From NCBI GenBank assembly GCA_035624455.1, contig DASPRM010000102.1:116-64115 (forward strand): a stretch of 64,000 nucleotides of DNA, in the 5' to 3' direction. Of this stretch, positions 57,369 through 64,000 are shown one piece after another (position 1 is the first letter of the stretch; each line of letters starts with the position of its first letter). The position numbers and the translations under genes are program-made. The notes beneath the pieces were generated by a model that was given only the letters and a program-made list of their open reading frames with translations, did not search any database and was not told the DNA's origin. This DNA is from Terriglobales bacterium (GTDB lineage: Bacteria; Acidobacteriota; Terriglobia; Terriglobales; Acidobacteriaceae).

Positions 57369-58619
57369 TTGGATATGAAGCGCGTTCGTTATTCTAAATA
57401 CGTTCCTGATCCGGCCTCCGAGATGAGCATGGAGGACTTGCTCAACGCTCTCTCTGACTACCTGCTGCAAAGCGGGTTCCAGAACTCCTACATGGGCTTT
57501 TACGACATGCAGGATTTTGGCCAGACTATGGAGGAACTGAAGCGCGCCATGGAGGAGGCGCTGCTCAACAGCGATCTTTTCGACGAAGAGCTGCGCGAAC
57601 AACTGCAGCAGATGAAAATGGAAGGCAAGCTCGACGAGTTGATCGAGCAGTTGATTCAGCGGATGCAGCAGGAAGACTACATCAGCGTGGATGAGCCGCC
57701 TGATCCTTCGCGCGAAGCCGGGGCGGGTGGGCAAATCGGCCAGAATCAATCGCAGGCGCGCTTTGAAATTACCGACAAGAGCCTGGATTTTCTCGGCTAT
57801 CGAACTTTGCGCGATCTGCTGGGCTCATTGGGCAAATCCAGCTTCGGCCGTCACGACACCCGCGACCTGGCCACCGGAATTGAGACCAGCGGCGCAGCTA
57901 AGCAATATGAATTCGGCGACACTCTAAACCTCGACATCACCGCCACGCTCTCCAGTGCCATCCAGCGCGAGGGCCTCACCCTGCCGTTGAATATCGAGTA
58001 CTCTGACCTGCAGGTCCACCAATGTGAATACCAGTCTTCTTGTGCCACCGTGCTGATGCTGGACTGCTCGCACTCCATGATCCTCTATGGCGAAGACCGT
58101 TTTACCCCGGCTAAGAAAGTCGCCATGGCGCTTTCGCATCTGATTCGCAGCCAATATCCCGGAGATTCCCTCTCGCTGATCCTGTTCCACGATTCCGCCG
58201 AGGAGATTCCGCTGACGCAACTCGCACGCGTAAAAGTTGGACCCTACTACACGAATACTCGCGAAGGTCTGCGGCTGGCGCAGCGCATCCTCCAGCGCCA
58301 GCGCAAAGACATGAAGCAGATCGTCATGATCACCGACGGCAAACCGTCGGCGCTGACCCTTGAAGACGGACGCATCTATAAAAATGCCTTTGGTTTGGAC
58401 CCATTGGTCGTCAGCCAAACACTGGAAGAAGTTTCCAAATGCAAGCGCGCCGGGGTCATGATCAATACCTTCATGCTTGCCTCTGATTACGGGTTAGTAC
58501 AGTTTGTGCAGAAGGTCACAGAAATGTGCCGCGGAAAAGCCTACTTCACTACCCCTTATACCCTCGGGCAGTACCTGCTGATGGACTACATGTCGCGTAA
58601 GACCAAAACGATTCACTGA
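57369..58619 (+). CDS. von Willebrand factor A domain protein (ChlD/BchD C-terminal-like partner of the AAA+ ATPase)
   Basis: The C-terminal vWA has a MIDAS motif DCSHS in [10 protein letters not shown] and a vWA end MITDGKPS. The N-terminus is acidic and helical. Confidence 0.75.
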   Translation: MDMKRVRYSKYVPDPASEMSMEDLLNALSDYLLQSGFQNSYMGFYDMQDFGQTMEELKRAMEEALLNSDLFDEELREQLQQMKMEGKLDELIEQLIQRMQQEDYISVDEPPDPSREAGAGGQIGQNQSQARFEITDKSLDFLGYRTLRDLLGSLGKSSFGRHDTRDLATGIETSGAAKQYEFGDTLNLDITATLSSAIQREGLTLPLNIEYSDLQVHQCEYQSSCATVLMLDCSHSMILYGEDRFTPAKKVAMALSHLIRSQYPGDSLSLILFHDSAEEIPLTQLARVKVGPYYTNTREGLRLAQRILQRQRKDMKQIVMITDGKPSALTLEDGRIYKNAFGLDPLVVSQTLEEVSKCKRAGVMINTFMLASDYGLVQFVQKVTEMCRGKAYFTTPYTLGQYLLMDYMSRKTKTIH

Positions 58620-58834
58620 GCACTCAGCCATCAGCACTCTGCAGTCAGCAGTCAGCGTAATCGTGAGCTACCAGAAAGTCTCTGTGTCATCAGTGGGGTA
58701 GCCCACCTTCGCGCCGTGCAATGCAGCTCTAAGCTGGGCAGGTAGTTACTTACAGCGCTGCACCCGCCATCCACGCGCCCCGCGACTTGCCTCCTCAACG
58801 CTGCATCTAATTGGTTAGAGGTGATCAAAAAGCT

Positions 58835-59842
58835 ATGAAGCGGCCATGGTTTGGAGCCTTTGCAAGCTTCTTCCTGGCAGCTCTTCTGACTGTGCCAGCA
58901 TTTGGTGCAATCCCAGGGCGTCCAGGAACTCTGAATTACACAGAGGGTAAGACTTTGATCGGCACAGAAACCCTCGACGCGAAAGCCGTCGGCTCGACCC
59001 AACTGGAGCCTGGGCAGGTACTGAGCACGGAAAACGGGAAAGCAGAAGTCCTGCTGACCCCAGGGGTGTTCCTGAGACTGGGCGACAACAGCTCCGTGAA
59101 GATGATCTCTCCCAGTCTGACTAATACCAGGGTGGAACTCGAGAAAGGGCACGCCGAAGTAGAGGTGGCCGAGATTCACAATGAAAACGATCTCCAGGTG
59201 ACGGAAGACAACGTCACCGCTCAGTTGCTGAAGAAAGGTGTTTACGATTTCAACGCCGATCAGGCACAGATTCGTGTTTTTGATGGCCAGGCCAAGGTTA
59301 GCGAGGACGGCAAGCAGATCGACGTCAAAGGCGGACACGAACTCGATCTGAATGCGGGTGGATCCCTAAAGGCAAAGAAGTTCGACAAGAAGGAATATGC
59401 CAGCGAAGATGATCTGTATCGCTGGAGCAGCTTGCGCTCCTCCTATCTGGCTGAGGCTAACGTTCAGTTAGCGCCAAGCTATGCGACTACGGGATTTGTC
59501 TCCGGCTGGTACTGGGACCCGTGGTTTGGTGGTTACACATTTATCCCTGGCAGCGGACTCCTTTATAGCCCATTCGGGTGGGGCTTCTACTCGCCCTGGG
59601 CAGTCTATGGCGCACCCTACGGCTACTTCGGATATTACGGCCCTTACTACCGCTATCACTATTACCGGCCAGGCCCGTACTACGGACACGATCATCGGGT
59701 AGTGGTTCCGCCGGCAGCTGGCTTCCATCCACCAGCAGGTAACTTCCATCCGCCGGCGCCACACGCTCCGGCTCCGCACGTTTCGGCTGGATTTAGCGGC
59801 GGATTCCACGGTGGCGTGGGCGGGTTCCACAGCTCACGATAA
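58835..59842 (+). CDS. Secreted FecR-domain protein with a Tyr/Gly/Pro/His-rich low-complexity C-terminal tail
   Basis: It has a signal peptide MKRPWFGAFASFFLAALLTVPAFGA and a FecR-like segment GKAEVLLTPGVFLRLGDNSSVKM. The tail is GYFGYYGPYYRYHYYRPGPYYGHDH...HPPAGNFHPPAPHAPAPH. Confidence 0.65.
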   Translation: MKRPWFGAFASFFLAALLTVPAFGAIPGRPGTLNYTEGKTLIGTETLDAKAVGSTQLEPGQVLSTENGKAEVLLTPGVFLRLGDNSSVKMISPSLTNTRVELEKGHAEVEVAEIHNENDLQVTEDNVTAQLLKKGVYDFNADQAQIRVFDGQAKVSEDGKQIDVKGGHELDLNAGGSLKAKKFDKKEYASEDDLYRWSSLRSSYLAEANVQLAPSYATTGFVSGWYWDPWFGGYTFIPGSGLLYSPFGWGFYSPWAVYGAPYGYFGYYGPYYRYHYYRPGPYYGHDHRVVVPPAAGFHPPAGNFHPPAPHAPAPHVSAGFSGGFHGGVGGFHSSR

Positions 59843-59972
59843 ATTGCGCAAGGATTGGTGAAGCGAGGGGCGCGCCGGCGCCCCTTCTTTACACTATCGA
59901 CGCACGGGAAGCTGCGCTATCTTCCGTGTGCGGCGGTTTGATGCTACTGTCATCAGCCACCAGCCGGTCGGC

Positions 59973-61370
59973 ATGTCACCAACTCACAGCTTCGTCTTCT
60001 CCGATCTCCGCGAGCTCTTCGCGAAAGCCAATGAGGAGAAGTCAGGAGATCAGCTTGCCGGTCTCGCCGCCAATTCGGAACGCGAGCGGGTCGCCGCCAA
60101 GCGCAAGCTGGCCGATCTGACCCTGGCCGAGATCGTGAATCAACCTCTGATCGATCCCGACAAAGATGATGTGAGCCGCCTGATTCTCGAGACCTACGAT
60201 CGCGCGGCATTCCAGGCAATCCGCAGCATGACTGTCGGCGAGCTGCGCGAGTACATCCTCGATGACGCAACCGCAGAAGCCGACCTTCACCGCCTCCAAT
60301 GGGTCCTGATTCCTGAAATTGCCGCCGCCTTGGCCAAAATCATGAGCAACAAAGATCTCGTTCTGGCCGCGGCCAGGATTCGCAATGTCACGCGCTGCCG
60401 CAATACCATGGGCGGGCGCGGCGTACTGGGAATCCGTATTCAGCCGAACCATCCGGCGGATGATCTGGGCGGAATTCTGCTCACCACCTTTGAAGGACTG
60501 CTCTACGGATGCGGCGATGCTGTAATCGGCGTGAATCCGGCCACCGATTCGGTGGAAGTCGTTTCCTCCATTCTGAATGCTTTGCTTCGGTTAGTGGACT
60601 CATACCGCGTGCCCACTCAAACCTGCTGTCTCGCTCACATCACAACTCAGATGGCAGCCCTTGAGCGCGGAACCCCCATCGATCTCCTCTTTCAATCGAT
60701 CGCCGGGACGGAGGCAGCGAACCGCAGCTTTGGAGTCAGCCTCGAGATCCTCCGCGAAGGCCGGGAGGCGGCTCTGGAGCATCATCAAAAACGCAATGTA
60801 CCCTGGAAAGGAACCAATGTGATGTATTTTGAAACCGGCCAGGGCAGCGCACTTTCTTCCAGCTCGCATCACGGCGTGGATCAATTGACGCTTGAGGCCC
60901 GCGCGTACGGCCTGGCACGCGTGTTTGAGCCCTTCCTCGTTAACAGTGTCGTCGGCTTCATTGGTCCCGAATACCTGTACGACGAGCGCCAGATCACTCG
61001 CGCGGGGCTTGAAGATCATTTCATGGGCAAACTGCTGGGGCTGCCCATGGGATGCGACGTCTGCTATACGAACCATGCCGCCGCCGACCAGAACTCCGCG
61101 GACAACCTGCTCATGCTGCTCGCCGCAGCCGGCTGCAACTATTTCATGGGTGTCCCCTGTTCCGATGATGTGATGTTGAACTACCAATCCACCAGCTACC
61201 ACGACGCGCTAGCGGTCAGGCGGCTGTTCGACCTGCGTCCTGCTCCGGAGTTCCTGGCATGGCTTCAAGCGATGGGCATCTATCGGGATCGCGATCCCGC
61301 GCTGCTCGATGCATCAGCCCGCCGGCAGTTGATGCATGGATTGGAATCGTCGCTGGAGAAAATTGTCTGA
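59973..61370 (+). CDS. eutB: Ethanolamine ammonia-lyase large subunit
   Basis: It is collinear with EutB throughout (GDAVIGVNP, YFETGQGSALS, VVGFIGPEYLY, MLNYQST..HD). The start ATG at 59973 is chosen to match EutB length. Confidence 0.9.
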   Translation: MSPTHSFVFSDLRELFAKANEEKSGDQLAGLAANSERERVAAKRKLADLTLAEIVNQPLIDPDKDDVSRLILETYDRAAFQAIRSMTVGELREYILDDATAEADLHRLQWVLIPEIAAALAKIMSNKDLVLAAARIRNVTRCRNTMGGRGVLGIRIQPNHPADDLGGILLTTFEGLLYGCGDAVIGVNPATDSVEVVSSILNALLRLVDSYRVPTQTCCLAHITTQMAALERGTPIDLLFQSIAGTEAANRSFGVSLEILREGREAALEHHQKRNVPWKGTNVMYFETGQGSALSSSSHHGVDQLTLEARAYGLARVFEPFLVNSVVGFIGPEYLYDERQITRAGLEDHFMGKLLGLPMGCDVCYTNHAAADQNSADNLLMLLAAAGCNYFMGVPCSDDVMLNYQSTSYHDALAVRRLFDLRPAPEFLAWLQAMGIYRDRDPALLDASARRQLMHGLESSLEKIV

Positions 61371-62174
61371 ATGGCGGAGAAACCCGACCCCAAACCGGGA
61401 CAGCTCGCGGGAAATTCGCCCCGCGATGGCAATGAGATCTGGCCAGAGCTTATCCGCCGAATTCGTGATCGCACCCCTGCCCGGATTCTCTCGGGCCGTG
61501 CCGGAGCGGCGTATCGCACTGCGACTCAGATGGAATTGCGCGAGGCGCATGCTGCCGCCCGCGACGCCGTCGAAGCCGAACTTGATCTGAACCGCGATCT
61601 GGGCAGGGATTTTATAGAGCGATGGAAGCTGTTTGAAGTTTCGACGCACGCCACGTCGAAGCAGGAATACCTGCTCCGCCCGGACTTGGGGCGAGGGCTC
61701 AGCAATTCGGCGCGCGAACTCGTCCGCAGTCGCTGCCAGTCGGGCAAACAATTTCAAATCATAGTCGGCGATGGTTTGTCAGTCACCGCCGTCTCTGCCC
61801 AGGTACCAGGCCTTTTGCCGCGTGTGCAGGAGGGCGCAAGAGAACGCGGCTGGACGGTGGGGCAGCCGTTCGTTGTCCGCCATTGCCGGGTTGGAATTCT
61901 GAACGTAGTGGGAGAGATACTGTCACCGGAAGTCGCAGTGCTGCTGATCGGCGAGCGGCCGGGGCTGGCCACTGCTGAAAGCCTCTCTGCTTATCTCGCC
62001 TACCGTCCTCGGCACGACCACACGGACGCTGATCGAAACCTGATCTCCAACCTTCACTCTCGTGGCATCGGCCCGGAGGAGGCTGCCCGCCGCATCCTGG
62101 ACTTGGCCGCTCAGATGATGCAGAAGCAAATCAGCGGCTTTCAGCTGAAGGAACAGTTAGCGATCAGCAGCTAG
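61371..62174 (+). CDS. eutC: Ethanolamine ammonia-lyase small subunit
   Basis: EutC motifs RPDLGR and LIGERPGL are present. Its ATG is immediately adjacent to the eutB TGA. Confidence 0.85.
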   Translation: MAEKPDPKPGQLAGNSPRDGNEIWPELIRRIRDRTPARILSGRAGAAYRTATQMELREAHAAARDAVEAELDLNRDLGRDFIERWKLFEVSTHATSKQEYLLRPDLGRGLSNSARELVRSRCQSGKQFQIIVGDGLSVTAVSAQVPGLLPRVQEGARERGWTVGQPFVVRHCRVGILNVVGEILSPEVAVLLIGERPGLATAESLSAYLAYRPRHDHTDADRNLISNLHSRGIGPEEAARRILDLAAQMMQKQISGFQLKEQLAISS

Positions 62175-62234
62175 CAATCTTGTGAGAACTGCAATGCCTG
62201 CCCCAGGTCCCACGCATTTCGAGACCTGGGTAGC

Positions 62235-62507
62235 CTAGACTTTGGGAACACCTGGGTCTGATTGTGCGTCCGCTGTCTTCACCGCCAGCTCAGCACCTTG
62301 GAACCCAGTCTTGGAGTGAGTGCCGTCGCAAAACGGTTTAGTTACCGACCCGCCGCAACGGCAGAGCGAAAACGCCAACTTACCTTCCTTCAACTTGGTG
62401 CTTAGGTCAAAGGCATTTCCGTTGGCGTCAACCAACTCGATCGCACCCTCGGGAGCTTCCACCCGGTAGGGACCATTCATTCTTACGGTTATCTTCACAT
62501 CAGCCAT
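62235..62507 (-). CDS. CDGSH-type iron-sulfur domain protein (90 aa)
   Basis: The CDGSH motif is CRCGGSVTKPFCDGTH. Confidence 0.8.
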   Translation of the reverse strand: MADVKITVRMNGPYRVEAPEGAIELVDANGNAFDLSTKLKEGKLAFSLCRCGGSVTKPFCDGTHSKTGFQGAELAVKTADAQSDPGVPKV

Positions 62508-62717
62508 TAGCGTCGCGTCGCCTCCAGTAGTAGTTCATCATCCCACAGCGCATTGGCTGTGCACAAATCTCGCAAACATGAATGACAGGTACACAATCGC
62601 AACCGGCCGCCAAACCTCTTCTCTCGCCTGGTTCGCAATAATGACTGCAATACCCCACTCAGCCCCGTCCTGCCGAGGGGAACCAGGCGCCTTCAGGCTT
62701 CGTCCCTGCAGCCGCCC

Positions 62718-63077
62718 TTACTTCGTGTACTGCGCCTCGCCGTTGCCGAAGGACCAGTTCTCCTTCACGACCTCGACGAGATTAATAAACACATTCTCTT
62801 TGCGAATTCCGGGATTCTCCGCGAGCAACTCGGCGATCCGGCGATAAAGCGCGCGTTTCTGATCCACAGTTCGCCCAATGTTCAGCGAGATCTGTATGAA
62901 GACCACGCCGTCGGTTCGTGCGATGTCCAAAAAGCTGGGATCATAAACTAGATCCTCCTTGGCGTGCTCAGTGATCACCTGAAAATGATCTGGAGCCGGA
63001 ACATTGATGGTCTCGACCATCGCCCGATGAACCGCTTCGCCGACGGCGGTCCGGAATTCTTTCGTCTTCCCCTGCAT
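62718..63077 (-). CDS. Tautomerase-superfamily-like protein (about 120 aa); start uncertain
   Basis: A 4-OT-like segment VFIQISLNIGRTVDQKRALYRRIAELL...VFINLVEVVKENWSFGNGE is present. The ORF track's 183-aa version begins in low-complexity sequence and is rejected. The ATG at 63077 is not followed by Pro, so the assignment is tentative. Confidence 0.4.
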   Translation of the reverse strand: MQGKTKEFRTAVGEAVHRAMVETINVPAPDHFQVITEHAKEDLVYDPSFLDIARTDGVVFIQISLNIGRTVDQKRALYRRIAELLAENPGIRKENVFINLVEVVKENWSFGNGEAQYTK

Positions 63078-63214
63078 CAGGGAGATTCGCACCAAGGGCA
63101 CGCTGCACCTCCGCTCGCTGAGCTGGTTGCTGGATGATGGATGAGCCCCATTCAGCGAAGATTCAGCTTTAACATGACCCGGTGCGTCGGTCTTTGGGAT
63201 TCCGGTTCTTCCCT

Positions 63215-63709
63215 CTAGCCTCTTCCTCTTGGGTCGAGTCTGTTTTTCAGCTTCTCGGCTAATTCGCAAACCGCGGACAGCCGTTGCTGTCCTTCCGCGG
63301 ACAGCCCGGTGCTCTTCAGCGCTACTTGTGCTGCTAGCAAAAGGCCGGTCAGATCGCTGGCTAGTTGACTGTGCAGCTCGGCGGTTGCGTGCCTGCTCGC
63401 CGCCTCATGTTCCTGTTTACGGCGCCGCAGTGCAGCTCGGACTTCCTCAACCATCCGTTCCGTTCCGCGGATCGCGAGATTGATGAACACCGGCGCGGCA
63501 GGACCCAGATTCTCGAGGAGCAGCTCAGCCGAATCGGATTGAGCCTCCACCACCGATTCATCGATTACTACGGCAGCGAATTCCTGCTCCCGTAAAATCG
63601 GAATTGCTGCTCGCAGCGACGTTTGTAAGAGAGTTTTTTCACGCGTAGCTGCTTCTACCGCAGCTGCGCACTCATGACTGCGTGCGAAAGATGAGATGAA
63701 GAGAATCAT
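63215..63709 (-). CDS. Hypothetical protein (164 aa), possibly a degenerate receiver-like domain
   Basis: Composition is protein-like. It lies directly downstream of a sigma-54-activator C-terminus. I recognise no clear motif. Confidence 0.4.
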   Translation of the reverse strand: MILFISSFARSHECAAAVEAATREKTLLQTSLRAAIPILREQEFAAVVIDESVVEAQSDSAELLLENLGPAAPVFINLAIRGTERMVEEVRAALRRRKQEHEAASRHATAELHSQLASDLTGLLLAAQVALKSTGLSAEGQQRLSAVCELAEKLKNRLDPRGRG

Positions 63710-63845
63710 GCTCTGCAGTAATGCACGTTCTTCGCCATTTGTTCGCCTTTTGCAATAGCATGATTATCAGCGACTTGCGCAATCGGAGATGCGCTTAGAG
63801 GGCATCCCGATCTCCCGTTCGGGAAAACAGTCTGCCCTCCGGCAT

Positions 63846-64000
63846 CAGATTTGGGAATATTCCTTCAGCTTGCGGTAAAGCGTCGTCTTGCCAATTCCCA
63901 ACATCTTGGCAGCCAGCAGTTTGTCACCGTTGAGCTGCTCAATGGCAGTGAGAATCGCGTCCCGTTCCATGTCGGCAAGCGGGACGATTTTCGGTCCGGC
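63846..64000 (-). CDS. Fis-type HTH C-terminus of a sigma-54-dependent (NtrC-family) transcriptional activator; partial, continues beyond the window end
   Basis: The reverse translation ends ..ERDAILTAIEQLNGDKLLAAKMLGIGKTTLYRKLKEYSQI*, a Fis/NtrC HTH. Confidence 0.7.

Noticed and set aside
60600-61202. 200-aa minus-strand ORF within eutB
   Set aside because: It is antisense to the highly conserved ethanolamine ammonia-lyase large subunit.
1-64000. A search for CRISPR arrays, rRNA, tRNA, and transposase/integrase genes
   Set aside because: No regular repeat-spacer array was seen by eye. There is no rRNA-like conserved block, no cloverleaf-sized gap with tRNA hallmarks and no IS, transposase or integrase ORF. 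tRNAs cannot be fully excluded without running a tRNA scanner.

Overview
This is a high-GC (about 60%), densely coding (about 90%) chromosomal segment. Gene content and codon usage suggest an Acidobacteria-type soil bacterium; that is inference, not a search result. The window holds about 55 protein-coding genes and no rRNA, tRNA or CRISPR array that I can recognise.

Housekeeping and metabolic genes make up most of it:
- haem synthesis: a cytochrome-c-assembly/HemX-like gene, hemA and hemC, joined by overlapping stop/start codons
- DNA repair and replication: mutS, rarA
- cell-wall recycling: nagZ, anmK
- cofactor and amino-acid metabolism: metH, NAD synthase nadE, tsaC, a TrmH-family methyltransferase, a UbiD-family decarboxylase
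- ethanolamine ammonia-lyase eutBC
- a hypCDEF hydrogenase-maturation operon
- a D-aminoacylase, a Zn alcohol dehydrogenase and a double-domain aldehyde dehydrogenase

The accessory-looking content is as follows:
1. Two tandem, about 75% identical, small cysteine-rich secreted proteins of unknown family. They are followed by a strong intrinsic terminator and a TPR-containing secretin, with a DsbA-like thiol-disulfide oxidoreductase converging from the other strand. This is the most novel-looking locus.
2. A minus-strand operon of histidine kinase, OmpR-type response regulator, SpoIIE/PP2C phosphatase and ECF sigma factor.
3. A ChlI/BchI-like AAA+ ATPase paired with a vWA-domain protein.
4. A PilZ-like ORF with no canonical start codon.
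5. A galactose-1-phosphate uridylyltransferase (GalT) homologue whose HPH nucleophile motif reads HPT.
6. At least three families of short repeated non-coding elements. One pair shows compensatory base changes that preserve a hairpin.

All calls are from reading the sequence and the supplied six-frame ORF track. No database search was possible.
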